Positions 27,988 to 37,799 of a DNA stretch of 64,000 nt are shown in pieces; position 1 is the first letter of the stretch, and every line of letters starts with the position of its first letter. The position numbers were made by a program, and so were the translations under genes. Origin of the DNA: Candidatus Aceula meridiana. Lineage in GTDB: Bacteria > Omnitrophota > Gorgyraeia > Zapsychrales > Aceulaceae. The stretch is taken from NCBI GenBank assembly GCA_030765185.1, contig JAVCDE010000033.1, positions 10,957 through 74,956 of the forward strand, read 5' to 3'. The notes beneath the pieces were generated by a model. The model saw nothing but the letters and a program-made list of their open reading frames with translations, made no database searches and had not been told where the DNA came from.

Positions 27988-29232
27988 CTATTTCTTCTCA
28001 AAGACATCCTTCCCCCTCAATTTGCGATGATAGCTAACAGCAAAACGATGCGCCTCATCACGAATGCGCTGAACAAGCCTTAAGCCTAATGAATCTTTTT
28101 TTAAACTAATCGAGTTTCGCTTTTGAGGCAAAAAAAGTTCTTCGTTTCTTTTAGCAAGAGAAACAACCGGCACTTGAACCTCGAGTTTATCCAATTCAAA
28201 TTTAGCGCTTGAGAGCTGTCCCTTTCCTCCGTCGATTAAAATCAAATCCGGAAAAAGCGCCTTCTCTTTTTTAAGACGCATATACCGACGTCGAACGACT
28301 TCTGCCATCATGCGAAAATCATCAATTCCTTTGGTCTCTCGAATACGAAAACGACGATAATTCTTTTTATCCGGTTTTCCGTTTAAAAATGAGACCATAG
28401 ACCCGACCGCCTGCTGGCCCATAATATTTGAAATATCAAAAGCTTCAATTCTCTCCGGTCGGCGGGAAAGAGACAGCGCGCGTTGGAGCTGTTCAGCCTC
28501 TTTGAAATAATTAACATCAGCCGAACCCGTATACAAAGCACCAATAGCCTGAATTTGATCGCGCACTTTCGCTGCTTTTTCAAATTCTTTCTTTTGAGAA
28601 AATCCCTCCATCTGTTTTCTTAAACCCCGATAGAGGTCGTCTTTGCGTCCTTCTAAAACAAGACAAACGTTGCGGATAATGCAGCGATACTCTTTTTTGC
28701 TAACGTTATTAATGCACGGGGCATCACACAAACCGATATGAAAATCTAAGCATGCTTTTTTAGGAATGATGCGACAGGCGCGAAAATGAAAAATACGCCG
28801 GATAATAACCAAGGCCTCGCGAATTAGTTTGGCATTCACGTACGGTCCAAAAAACTTCGCAATCTTTTGAATTTTCTTCATTCGCGGTCGTACAACCGAT
28901 ACGCGCGAAAAATCTTCTTTTGTGATTTGAATAAAAGGATAGCTCTTATCGTCTTTAAGGTCGATATTGTATTTCGGACGAAACTTCTGGATAAGGCTCG
29001 CTTCTAAAATCAAGGCCTCTGCTTCACTGGCTGTGACGATATAATTGATATCAAAAATTTCTAAAACTAAGGCATCTGTTTTAGGATCGTTTTTGTGTAC
29101 GCGAAAATAACTCTGGACCCTTTTCCGCAAGGACACTGCCTTGCCAATATACAAGACGCGATCCTTCTTGTCTTTCATGAGATAAACACCGCTTGAAAGA
29201 GGAATAGACTTTATGGTTTTCTTGATATCCAT
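27988..29232 (-). CDS. uvrC: Excinuclease ABC subunit C (short form)
   Basis: GVY..YIGKA (GIY-YIG), 4-Cys region, UVR (FEKAAKVRDQI), IEAFDISN, DGGKGQ and RDEAHRFA. No HhH tail. Confidence 0.93.
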   Translation of the reverse strand: MDIKKTIKSIPLSSGVYLMKDKKDRVLYIGKAVSLRKRVQSYFRVHKNDPKTDALVLEIFDINYIVTASEAEALILEASLIQKFRPKYNIDLKDDKSYPFIQITKEDFSRVSVVRPRMKKIQKIAKFFGPYVNAKLIREALVIIRRIFHFRACRIIPKKACLDFHIGLCDAPCINNVSKKEYRCIIRNVCLVLEGRKDDLYRGLRKQMEGFSQKKEFEKAAKVRDQIQAIGALYTGSADVNYFKEAEQLQRALSLSRRPERIEAFDISNIMGQQAVGSMVSFLNGKPDKKNYRRFRIRETKGIDDFRMMAEVVRRRYMRLKKEKALFPDLILIDGGKGQLSSAKFELDKLEVQVPVVSLAKRNEELFLPQKRNSISLKKDSLGLRLVQRIRDEAHRFAVSYHRKLRGKDVFEKK

Positions 29233-30782
29233 TTTAGGAGATTCTGAGCTTGCTGAATTTTCAAAACAAAACACCCTGTTAAAAAAACAATAGGATTAAT
29301 AACAGCAATGGCAATAAGTTTTAAGATTTCAGATTCTAGAGGAAGAGCTTTCCATGTACTTAAGGCCACCGCCCCCATGAGGGTCGCTGCCAAAAGAATT
29401 TTTAGGCCATAAAGCATAAGCCCTTGGTCAAAACCCTTTAGGCGACGGTTCAAAATAAAAAAAAGCACAACAAAATCAACCGTTGCTGAAATTGAAGAGG
29501 CTAAGGCAATGCCGCCTATTTTAAGCGGCCCCATCAAAATAAGATTTAAAAAGACATTAAGAACCAAACATGCACCGGCAACTTTTGCTGGTGTTGCCGT
29601 ATCCTGCAATGCATGAAAAGACGTTACCATAATTTTAATTCCCGCAAAACAAAACAACCCAAGAGCATAAAACGAAAGTGCCCATGAAGTAATCGACGTT
29701 GAATAAGCGCTAAATTCACCTCGCTCAAATAAAACACGAATAATGGGTGTCGAGAACAAAACAAGAAAAACACTCATCGGCAACATAATAAGCATCAAAC
29801 TTTTTAAAGCAAAAATAAACGTCCGTTTAAATTCCTGCATATCATTGCGCGCCGCAAAAGCCGATAACGTCGGCAATGTTGCCGAAGCCAACGCAATGCC
29901 AAAAAGCCCCATAGGAAATTGTAAAATACGATTAGAATAATAAATCGCAGAAATGCCTCCTAGGCCTACCGCAAACGCAAGCGATGCACAAAAGGTGTCT
30001 ACAAAAACGGTCAGCTGATAAACAGCCGAACCAAATAACCGCGGCAAAAGCAGGCGTCCGACTTTTTTTGCCCCGGGATGATTAAGTGTTTTTGGCAAGC
30101 GGAAACGTACCCCTTTTCTAAAAATAGGAAGCGCCTGGGCCAAAAGCTGTAAAACGCCGCCAACAAGAACGCCGACAGCTAAGAAAAGCACAAGGTCTTT
30201 GCCAAAAGCCACAGCCAAGAGAGCGCTGGCAATAACAGCAATATTCAAAAAACACGGGCCTAAAGCCGGAACAATAAAAGAACGAAACGTATAAAGAATT
30301 CCCATCCCATAGGCTGTTAATCCAATAAAGATTAAATAGGGAAACATCAAACGCGTTAACCGGATGGTTAACGCAAGTTTTTCAGGTTCGACAATAAAAC
30401 CAGGGGCAATAATTCGGACAATTAAAGGAGAAAAAATAATACCTAAAATCGTTAAAAGACTTAAAACCATCAACGCCAATATAAAAACAACGCTTAAAAA
30501 ACGCCATAATTTTAGCTTATCGTCTTGGTGGGCATATTCGGAAATAACAGGGACAACCGAAGAATTCATCGCCCCTTCTCCCACAACATCTCTTAAAAGA
30601 TTGGGAATTCGAAAAGCTACGAAAAAAGCATCCGCCTGAAAAGTTGTTCCTAGAAATTTAGCCAAAATAACATCACGAATAAACCCTAAAACACGTGACC
30701 CAAGAGTCCCTAAAGACAAAACAGATGTCGAGCGGGTTAGGCCGTGGTTTGTATCATGAGTAGAATATTTATTAGTTGACAT
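29211..30782 (-). CDS. murJ: Lipid II flippase MurJ
   Basis: SRVLGFIRD, DAFFVAFRIPNLLR and EGA; 14 TM. Confidence 0.96.
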   Translation of the reverse strand: MSTNKYSTHDTNHGLTRSTSVLSLGTLGSRVLGFIRDVILAKFLGTTFQADAFFVAFRIPNLLRDVVGEGAMNSSVVPVISEYAHQDDKLKLWRFLSVVFILALMVLSLLTILGIIFSPLIVRIIAPGFIVEPEKLALTIRLTRLMFPYLIFIGLTAYGMGILYTFRSFIVPALGPCFLNIAVIASALLAVAFGKDLVLFLAVGVLVGGVLQLLAQALPIFRKGVRFRLPKTLNHPGAKKVGRLLLPRLFGSAVYQLTVFVDTFCASLAFAVGLGGISAIYYSNRILQFPMGLFGIALASATLPTLSAFAARNDMQEFKRTFIFALKSLMLIMLPMSVFLVLFSTPIIRVLFERGEFSAYSTSITSWALSFYALGLFCFAGIKIMVTSFHALQDTATPAKVAGACLVLNVFLNLILMGPLKIGGIALASSISATVDFVVLFFILNRRLKGFDQGLMLYGLKILLAATLMGAVALSTWKALPLESEILKLIAIAVINPIVFLTGCFVLKIQQAQNLLKWISRKP

Positions 30783-30804
30783 CGTAAGCTCTCTTTGCTA
30801 TATT
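30776..30804 (+). promoter_or_regulatory. sigma70-type promoter for rpsT
   Basis: TTGACA-17 bp-TATATT with a TG extension. The -35 element overlaps the murJ start codon. Confidence 0.7.
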
Positions 30805-30831
30805 ATGTCCCTTAAGAAAGGAATTACTTTT

Positions 30832-31095
30832 ATGCCACAAAGACGTTCAGGCATCCAAGAATTACGTTTAAGCAGAAAAAAACACCTGCACAATCTGGAT
30901 ATTAAAACAGCCCTCAAGAAAACGGTCAAAAAGTTTCGCTTAGCTGTTGAATCCAAAGATGCGAAAGAGGCCAAAACCCTTCTGGCTACTGTCTTTAAGA
31001 AAATTGATAAAGCAGCCAAGCGTAATCTCTTAAACGATAATACTGCCTCCCGAAGAAAATCTTCTTTTAGCAAGCTCTTAAAGAACATAGCTTAA
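30832..31095 (+). CDS. rpsT: 30S ribosomal protein S20
   Basis: Basic 87-aa protein with IDKAAKRNLLNDNTASRRKS. AAGGA RBS; divergent from murJ. Confidence 0.93.
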   Translation: MPQRRSGIQELRLSRKKHLHNLDIKTALKKTVKKFRLAVESKDAKEAKTLLATVFKKIDKAAKRNLLNDNTASRRKSSFSKLLKNIA

Positions 31096-31720
31096 TCACT
31101 AAAACCTCAAGTGTATAATCAGAACGCAGACGGCTTCGCTTAATGTTAAAGTCTGCCTCTCGAAGGTCTAAAAGACCCTGCTTAAAATTCTCTGAAGATA
31201 GGCGAGGCCTATTCTTTTTCCACTCCCACAAAATACCTCCCATTAGTTGCAAAGGATAAGTTCCATCATCTAAAAGCTGCGCAAGTGTTTTTAAGGCATC
31301 TATTTTTTTATTCTTTGAAATCGCCCTTGTTAAATCAAAAACTCCAAGCTTTCGCTCATCTTCAAAATGAAGAACTTTAATCTGTTTTGCAAATTTCTTT
31401 TTAAGAGCCCCTCCGGCCTTCGCCGTCTCGGCATCTAAAATAATAACAAGAAAGTCCTTAACATCATCGATAATCAATGCGATAAGATTTTTATTTTCTA
31501 TTGTTAATTTATCTGCCTGTCGGATGATAACAAGCCTTTTTTTGGAAAGACTAGGCAAGGTAATAAGAGATTTCTTTAGAGTTGCGTTGTCTAATTTTGG
31601 ACCATGGAGAGTTTGACAATCGAAGGAAACAGCTTCGCGAGAAGGAAAAATTTTAGCCTTAATTTCAGCAATCTTTTTTTCTTTAATCTGATTATCTAAT
31701 CCACAGAGAAGATAAATCAT
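31067..31720 (-). CDS. holA: DNA polymerase III delta subunit (short)
   Basis: MIYLLCG, TLP..SKKRLVIIR, VFDL and D..IK. Sits in the lptE-holA context. Confidence 0.8.
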   Translation of the reverse strand: MIYLLCGLDNQIKEKKIAEIKAKIFPSREAVSFDCQTLHGPKLDNATLKKSLITLPSLSKKRLVIIRQADKLTIENKNLIALIIDDVKDFLVIILDAETAKAGGALKKKFAKQIKVLHFEDERKLGVFDLTRAISKNKKIDALKTLAQLLDDGTYPLQLMGGILWEWKKNRPRLSSENFKQGLLDLREADFNIKRSRLRSDYTLEVLVIKLCSLRAC

Positions 31721-31725
31721 TTAAT

Positions 31726-32265
31726 CTACCAATCTTCAATAGTGCGATCAACGATGCGCTTGGCAAGGTCTTTAATAGCTTCATCAATAGCGGCGCCTTC
31801 AGATTTAGCATTTGAGCCTGTTAAGAAATATGTCGCATCTCCAGAAAAATTCGGCTCAACCCAGACGTTTTCCTCTTCTACAGAATCAAAAAGAACAAGT
31901 GAAACAGTAATGCGAATACGGTATTCTTCAGCATCATCGTTATCGTCACGACGCAAAACATCGCGCTGATAATTCAGCAATTTTCCTTTAAGAATAAGGT
32001 CCGCATTTCCCTCTTTAGCAATTTTAAGGTTTCCATCAAAAATAAAACGGTTAGTTACCGCATTGGAAACTTTGACCTCCATTAAGGGAATGTAAAGACT
32101 TTTTTGCCTCCGCTCAGAACTATAATCTACGGTATTCTCGATCGGAGCAACATAAATTGTGTCTTTAGAGCTGAGATAGGGTGAAAGTGTGCGAACTGAA
32201 TAGCCGCATCCAGATACTGTCACTAGTAAGAAAAAGGAGATAATCCCAAAAAAGACTTTTTTCAT
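31726..32265 (-). CDS. lptE: LPS assembly lipoprotein LptE family
   Basis: Lipobox VSGCGY, ADLILKG and EYRIRITV; ends TIEDW. Confidence 0.85.
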   Translation of the reverse strand: MKKVFFGIISFFLLVTVSGCGYSVRTLSPYLSSKDTIYVAPIENTVDYSSERRQKSLYIPLMEVKVSNAVTNRFIFDGNLKIAKEGNADLILKGKLLNYQRDVLRRDDNDDAEEYRIRITVSLVLFDSVEEENVWVEPNFSGDATYFLTGSNAKSEGAAIDEAIKDLAKRIVDRTIEDW

Positions 32266-33221
32266 TTCTTTTCTTTTTGAATTTTCTTATCAATATTCGA
32301 AATTTCTTTTGAAGCTTTTTCTGCCCAGGAACTGCCCGGATAACTATCAACAACGCCGGCGTAATAAATTCTTGCCGCCTCATATTTCTTTTGCTTTTGA
32401 TAAAATTTGCCAATAAGAAAATTATTTTCTGCTTCTTTTTCCTGCAAAAGAGAAATTTCTTCTTTAGCCTTTTTAGAAAGCTCCGCGTCAGGATAAACAG
32501 CAACAAATTCTTCAAATTCTTCAACGGCAGAACGCGTAATCTTCTGATCGTATTCAGCTCCAGCGGAGCGGGCAGCATCAACCACAGCAATTTGATATTT
32601 AGCGGGCTTAACCCATTCGCTATCAGGATAATCATTAATAACTTTATCAAGCTCATCGCGGGCCTCTTGATACATTCTCTTTTCCATCAAATAAAGGCCG
32701 ATTTTATATTGAGATACAGCCGCATACTGGCCGTAAGGAGCATTCTTGATAACAGTGCGGAAAACATCAATTACGTCGTATTCTGCACCGATAATGGTTT
32801 GAACAACTTTATTTTTCTCAGGATGTTTGAGAAGCTTCTCGCCAATTTTATACTGACGCTCAACAACTTCAGGAGCAAGATCACTAAAAGGATACTTTGC
32901 GATAATTTTTTGATATGCCTCAAAAGCCTTATGCTGCTGGTCGAGGCCTTCACGGCATTCCCCGATATAAAGCTGAGCTTTAGGGGCCTCACGGGATTTC
33001 GGGTAATGTTTAATGAGCTTTTGAAACTCATTCATAGCCTTCTTATATTCCTTTTGATCAAGAAGCTCTTTTCCAAATTCAAGCTGTTCTTGCGGGGTAT
33101 CTTTGACTGCATATTTCGGATTAACCCACTTATTTGTTTCTGGAGTCCACATCCAAAAAGCGGAGGCCTCGGATGTGCCTAATATAAGTATACTAAGAAT
33201 TATAATAATTATTCTTTTCAT
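32262..33221 (-). CDS. bamD: Outer membrane protein assembly factor BamD-like TPR protein
   Basis: Signal peptide; repeated YP.S TPR units, DQKITRSAVEEFEEF and AARIYY. Confidence 0.85.
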   Translation of the reverse strand: MKRIIIIILSILILGTSEASAFWMWTPETNKWVNPKYAVKDTPQEQLEFGKELLDQKEYKKAMNEFQKLIKHYPKSREAPKAQLYIGECREGLDQQHKAFEAYQKIIAKYPFSDLAPEVVERQYKIGEKLLKHPEKNKVVQTIIGAEYDVIDVFRTVIKNAPYGQYAAVSQYKIGLYLMEKRMYQEARDELDKVINDYPDSEWVKPAKYQIAVVDAARSAGAEYDQKITRSAVEEFEEFVAVYPDAELSKKAKEEISLLQEKEAENNFLIGKFYQKQKKYEAARIYYAGVVDSYPGSSWAEKASKEISNIDKKIQKEKK

Positions 33222-33228
33222 GTCGTTC

Positions 33229-33257
33229 AATGTAGCATAGTTGACTATAAATGTCAA
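33229..33257 (-). promoter_or_regulatory. sigma70-type promoter directly upstream of bamD
   Basis: TTGACA-17 bp-TACATT, then 7 nt to the ATG. The palindrome TTGAC-N7-GTCAA overlaps the -35 element. Confidence 0.65.
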
Positions 33258-33287
33258 ATGAGGTCTAACAATTCAAGAATCTTTTAC

Positions 33288-33929
33288 CTATATAATAGAA
33301 AAAATCACTTTCACTCCAAAGGCCACAAGAATAAGTCCGCAAATTACCTGAAAAATAAACTTTATTTTGTCATTCTTGGAGAAAATATCTGAAAATTTCC
33401 CCGAAAACATAATTAGAAGAATAATAGGAGAAAAGACTGTTCCCAGGCCAAAAACAAGTGTTAGAAAAATCGCTTGTAGCGGATTTTGCGCAATCAAAAT
33501 AATATAATTAAGAATTCCTAAAAGTGGCAAGCACGGTGAAAGCCCCACCAAAAAACCTAAAACTCCCACATTGCGTACATGCCCAAAATTCACAAGAGCG
33601 CATAGTTTTCCAAATCTCTTATAACCAGGCATGAGGGTTGTTGCGCCAATCAAAACAATAAAAATGCCTAAGACAAGATAAATAATTTGCGAATAAGCTG
33701 CCAGCGTCTCTGTTGCTATCAGATTTGTGATGCCGGCGCATACGAGGCCTAAAAGACCGTACGCCAAAAGTTTAAATAAAGAAAAGACGGCATATGACGC
33801 GATTGATTTTCGCAAGCTGGCCTTTTGCGCAATTGTATAGCTGATGAGAACAGGCGCGCAAAAACTTAAACACGGGCCTGATCCTAAAATGAGCCCTGCG
33901 GTAAATAAATAATATAGATTTTCTTTCAT
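33288..33929 (-). CDS. TauE/SafE-DsbD_2 (CcdA-like) membrane protein
   Basis: GPCLSFCAP and GLSPCLPL Cys motifs; 6 TM. Confidence 0.8.
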   Translation of the reverse strand: MKENLYYLFTAGLILGSGPCLSFCAPVLISYTIAQKASLRKSIASYAVFSLFKLLAYGLLGLVCAGITNLIATETLAAYSQIIYLVLGIFIVLIGATTLMPGYKRFGKLCALVNFGHVRNVGVLGFLVGLSPCLPLLGILNYIILIAQNPLQAIFLTLVFGLGTVFSPIILLIMFSGKFSDIFSKNDKIKFIFQVICGLILVAFGVKVIFSII

Positions 33930-33960
33930 ATCTTGTGTAGGATAATATAAAAATAAAAGG

Positions 33961-36039
33961 ATGTCCATGATAAGATTTGTTGCCCTCGGATTTATTAGCG
34001 CACTTTTTCAGCTTGTCCTTTTGAGAGAATTTACCTTCTCGATTGCCAAGAATGAACTCTCTCTTGTCGTTGCCATCGGCGTCTGGCTAATTGTCTGCTC
34101 CCTCGGAGGTTTAATAAGCCTTAAAAAAAGATTTTTCAAAACAAGCCTGCTCCCTAGCCTTTTAACACTTTTCTTTTGTTTTAGCGTTTTAGGGATTCAT
34201 CTTGCCAAAAGCGTTATCAGCCTAAACTATTACGAAAGCTCCTCTCTTTTATTTGCTCTTATCTGTGCAATTCTTTTTATCGCCCCGCAAGGCTTTCTTG
34301 TTGGTCATGCCTTTGGAAGCCTTTGCCATGTTTCGTTGAAAACTAAAAAGAATACAGAAAGGCGTTCGGCGCAATTTTTTAGCCTTGAAGCCTTAGGAAT
34401 TTTCTTAGGTGGCATTACTTTTACCTTCTTGTTGTCTCGTTATACCAATCCTTTTGTTTTTGCTTTTTGGCCTTTGATTTTCATCCCTTTAGAAAAATGC
34501 AAACGCACCAAAATGGCAATAACTATTTTTATTGGAATTTTGAGCTCCATGTTCTTTTTCTCCTACCCGACTATCTTAAAAAAAGAATTTAATGACGCTC
34601 GCATCTTGGCTGTTCAAGGCAATCCATATGGACCTGTTATTCTTGCAGAAAAAAACGCTGTTATAAGCCTATACATCAACGGGTCTCTGGCGCAAACTAG
34701 CGAGGATAAAGCATTTGAAGAAGAATTTGTCCACACAGCCTTTTCTTCTATAAAAAAACACGAAGATATTCTTCTCATCGGAAGATTTGCGCAAGGCTAT
34801 ATTGAAGAGATTCAAAAATATTCTGTTAAGCAAATAAAATCTGTTTGGGTTAATCCTGCCAAAACAGATATTCCTGCCATAGCCAACGACCCTGTGCGGT
34901 ATCTTCAAAGAACAAGCGAGAAATACGACTTAATTTTAATGAATATTCCGCCACCTTCAAGCCTATCGCTGAATCGTTTCTTTACGTCAGAGTTCTTTCT
35001 CCTTGTCAAAGACCGTCTTTCAGAAGGCGGGGTTTTCTGCTTCTCGATTCCTTCCAGGCGTGATATTTTGAGCCCAGCTTTTCGAAATTTTGATAGCAGC
35101 ATTATCAATACCTTAAATAAAATCTTCCCTCATTATCTTGCAATTCCCTCAGACCATATGATGATTTTAGCGCGAAAATACGAGCCCCTAGATTCTTCCC
35201 TTCTCCTTGAGAATTTTAAAGCTCACAACAAAAAAACATCCTTTTTTACTTTTTACCACTTAAAAGACAACCTTGATTCGTCACGAATAAACTTTATTGA
35301 AGATTCCTTCGGTCCCAAACCTAATCTCAATAAGAATTTTAAACCCTTCGGTTTTCTTAACTATCTGATCCTTGAACAAAAAAAGTTTTATCCGAGGCTT
35401 TCCGTTAACATAGGGGCCTTGCAAGAAATAATTCCTATAGGTTTTGTCCTCGCCATCTTATTAATAAGCTTAATAAGTGTCTTTTTCAAAAAAACCAATA
35501 CTCTCCTGCACGCTGGATGCTTAGGATTTTTATCCATTGCGGCCTCGTTGACAATTTATATTAGTTTTCAAATTATCTCAGGTGCTCTCTTCTGGAAGTT
35601 GGGGCTTTTGATGGGAATTTTTATGGCAGGATTGAGTTTGTCGAGTTATCTACAAAGTGTCCACATGAAAAGAATTTGTCCAAGCCAAAAACAACTTAGT
35701 CTTCTTTATCTCTTATGGCTAGGTGTTTTTGGGATTCTTCTTTTTACGATTAAGTCATACCTCTTAATTCCTGAAATTGAATGGGCCTTACTTGTCCTCT
35801 CTTTTCTTTCTGGAGGCTTAACAGGATTAGGATATCCTCTTTTAATTACAATGCTTGCAGACGAAAATAAAGGATTAGAAAAAATTCCTGTCTCGATTTA
35901 TGCAGCAGATCTCATCGGCGCATTCTTAGGAACCGCTTGTTTTTCCGTCTTCTTTATTCCGTTCTTAGGGGTAAGCACTTCAATTGTCTTGGCAGGAGCT
36001 TTAATTATGATTTTTGGCCTTAAGAGCTTATTCCGCTAA
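33961..36039 (+). CDS. Membrane protein with central degenerate spermidine-synthase-like domain
   Basis: QLVLLREF...NEL N-terminus, PYG..LYING, EEFVH, KYDLIL, NRFFTSEFF and C-terminal IYAADLIGA TM block. Confidence 0.8.
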   Translation: MSMIRFVALGFISALFQLVLLREFTFSIAKNELSLVVAIGVWLIVCSLGGLISLKKRFFKTSLLPSLLTLFFCFSVLGIHLAKSVISLNYYESSSLLFALICAILFIAPQGFLVGHAFGSLCHVSLKTKKNTERRSAQFFSLEALGIFLGGITFTFLLSRYTNPFVFAFWPLIFIPLEKCKRTKMAITIFIGILSSMFFFSYPTILKKEFNDARILAVQGNPYGPVILAEKNAVISLYINGSLAQTSEDKAFEEEFVHTAFSSIKKHEDILLIGRFAQGYIEEIQKYSVKQIKSVWVNPAKTDIPAIANDPVRYLQRTSEKYDLILMNIPPPSSLSLNRFFTSEFFLLVKDRLSEGGVFCFSIPSRRDILSPAFRNFDSSIINTLNKIFPHYLAIPSDHMMILARKYEPLDSSLLLENFKAHNKKTSFFTFYHLKDNLDSSRINFIEDSFGPKPNLNKNFKPFGFLNYLILEQKKFYPRLSVNIGALQEIIPIGFVLAILLISLISVFFKKTNTLLHAGCLGFLSIAASLTIYISFQIISGALFWKLGLLMGIFMAGLSLSSYLQSVHMKRICPSQKQLSLLYLLWLGVFGILLFTIKSYLLIPEIEWALLVLSFLSGGLTGLGYPLLITMLADENKGLEKIPVSIYAADLIGAFLGTACFSVFFIPFLGVSTSIVLAGALIMIFGLKSLFR

Positions 36040-37184
36040 TCCCACACACCTGGGACAGCGTATCCGCAGAACCTACATTTTCCATTGACAATATTATTCT
36101 CTAAAAGGTTATAGCCAATGCGTTTTAAAAGTATTTTACCGCAAACAGGACAAATTGTCTGTTCTCCGGTTTGCTGCGGAATATTGCCAAGATAAATAAA
36201 CTGCAGGCCTTCTTCTTCGGCCACTCGCTGCGCCATCATCAAACTTGAAATTGGCGTCGGCGATAAATTAGCCAGCTTGTATAGAGGAAAGAATCGCGAA
36301 AAATGAATTGGCGTCTCTTTCCCCAAATTTTCTTTGACCCATCGGCAAAGTTTTCGCACCTCTTTTTCGCTGTCATTTACACCTGGGATTAAAAGGTTCG
36401 TAATCTCAACCCAAACACCTTCTTCTTTTAAAATCTTTAACGTTCGTAAAACAGTCTCCAGGCCCCCGTTTGTAAAAGTCGTATAAAACTTTTCGCTGAA
36501 TCCTTTGAGGTCAATGTTAGCAGCCTTGATATACGGAGCGATCTGACGAAGAGGCTCTTCGTTGATGTATCCCGCTGAATGCATGACGCAATCAATCCCT
36601 GCCGCTTTTGCCTCTTTAGCAACAGCAAGCATATATTCGAAAAAAATAGTAGGCTCGGTATACGTGAATGCTATGGTCTTGCATCCGGTGGCTTTGGTGC
36701 GCGCGATAATTTCCTTGGGAGGTACAAATTCAACATCAACTTTTTCTGCATCAGCTTGAGAAATTTCCCAGTTTTGGCAAAACTTACATCGCAGATTACA
36801 TCCAGCCGTTGCAATAGAAAAAGACCTTGTCCCCGGGTAAACATGAGCTAAGGGTTTCTTCTCAATCGGATCAGCGTGTAGAGCAACCGGACGGCCATAC
36901 GTCAGAGCATAGAGGGTACCGTTAATATTCTTACGGGCTCGACAAAACCCTGTCTCGCCTTTCTTTAAAACACATCGATGCGGACAAAGCTTACATGCGA
37001 CAACCTTATTGCCTAAGCTTTCCCAGAAAGACGCTCTCTTTAAGTTGACCTCTTGTGATTGCTGTTGCGTCTTTGTTTGCAGGCTTTCTTTTTTAAATTG
37101 TTGCGCGACCAAAATTGTCACCGCAACAGCAGAACAAAGAATTAAAACAAAAACTTTTGATAATATTTTTTTAGAATACTTCAT
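36036..37184 (-). CDS. amrS: AmmeMemoRadiSam-system radical SAM enzyme
   Basis: CKLCPHRC, DPIEKKPL, GCNLRCKFCQNWEISQ, FTYTEP, HFSRFFP and YLGN. Confidence 0.93.
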   Translation of the reverse strand: MKYSKKILSKVFVLILCSAVAVTILVAQQFKKESLQTKTQQQSQEVNLKRASFWESLGNKVVACKLCPHRCVLKKGETGFCRARKNINGTLYALTYGRPVALHADPIEKKPLAHVYPGTRSFSIATAGCNLRCKFCQNWEISQADAEKVDVEFVPPKEIIARTKATGCKTIAFTYTEPTIFFEYMLAVAKEAKAAGIDCVMHSAGYINEEPLRQIAPYIKAANIDLKGFSEKFYTTFTNGGLETVLRTLKILKEEGVWVEITNLLIPGVNDSEKEVRKLCRWVKENLGKETPIHFSRFFPLYKLANLSPTPISSLMMAQRVAEEEGLQFIYLGNIPQQTGEQTICPVCGKILLKRIGYNLLENNIVNGKCRFCGYAVPGVWD

Positions 37185-37187
37185 CTT

Positions 37188-37799
37188 CTAATCCATCCGC
37201 TTAAGTACATAATCTAAGATAACATCAGCCTGCTTAGCAGCAGCAATATTAACCCGTGCTGATAACGGCGGCGCGTCATTGCTGTCTGATTTTAAATCAC
37301 CAATGAGAAAAAATTTCTCTTTAATTTGATGAACCTTAATCTCATCACTATTTCCGACACCGGACAATCCAGATGCTGAAACAATAAATTTATCTGTCTC
37401 TAAGAAAGCTTCAGTGAGCAGGCTTTTGTATTCCGCACGGTCAAAAGCCTCAGCAACTACACCACAATCATTAAACAATTCTCTGATGTTTTCTCTTTCA
37501 ATTCTTTGAGTCAAAGCCGTTATTCCAACATTAGGATTAATGCGCTCCAAATTCTCTTTTAAGACCTCGACTTTATTTCTTCCTATTTGGTCGTAAAAAT
37601 AAAACTGCCTGTTTAGGTTTGAGAATTCAACCTTATCAAAATCTACGATACAAAATTTCTTAAAACCCATACGTGTTAAATTGAAAGCGCAGTTAGACCC
37701 TAGCCCTCCAGCCCCGGCAATGCCGATTTTGACCGACTGAACTTTATCAAAATTTTCTTTGCCAAGAATTCGACAGAGCTCTTGTTCGAATAAATTCAT
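37188..37799 (-). CDS. thiF: Sulfur carrier ThiS adenylyltransferase
   Basis: GIAGAGGLGS, DFDKVEFSNLNRQ, EAFD and AAAKQAD. Start at ATG 37799 (TAATG coupling with thiH). Confidence 0.92.
   Translation of the reverse strand: MNLFEQELCRILGKENFDKVQSVKIGIAGAGGLGSNCAFNLTRMGFKKFCIVDFDKVEFSNLNRQFYFYDQIGRNKVEVLKENLERINPNVGITALTQRIERENIRELFNDCGVVAEAFDRAEYKSLLTEAFLETDKFIVSASGLSGVGNSDEIKVHQIKEKFFLIGDLKSDSNDAPPLSARVNIAAAKQADVILDYVLKRMD

Noticed and set aside
30798-31088. 96-aa - strand ORF
   Set aside because: It is the antisense shadow of rpsT.
32391-33182. 263-aa + strand ORF, and similar antisense ORFs such as 55311-55775 and 19504-19995
   Set aside because: They lie antisense to well-supported genes (bamD etc.) and have no recognisable motifs; these are shadow ORFs.
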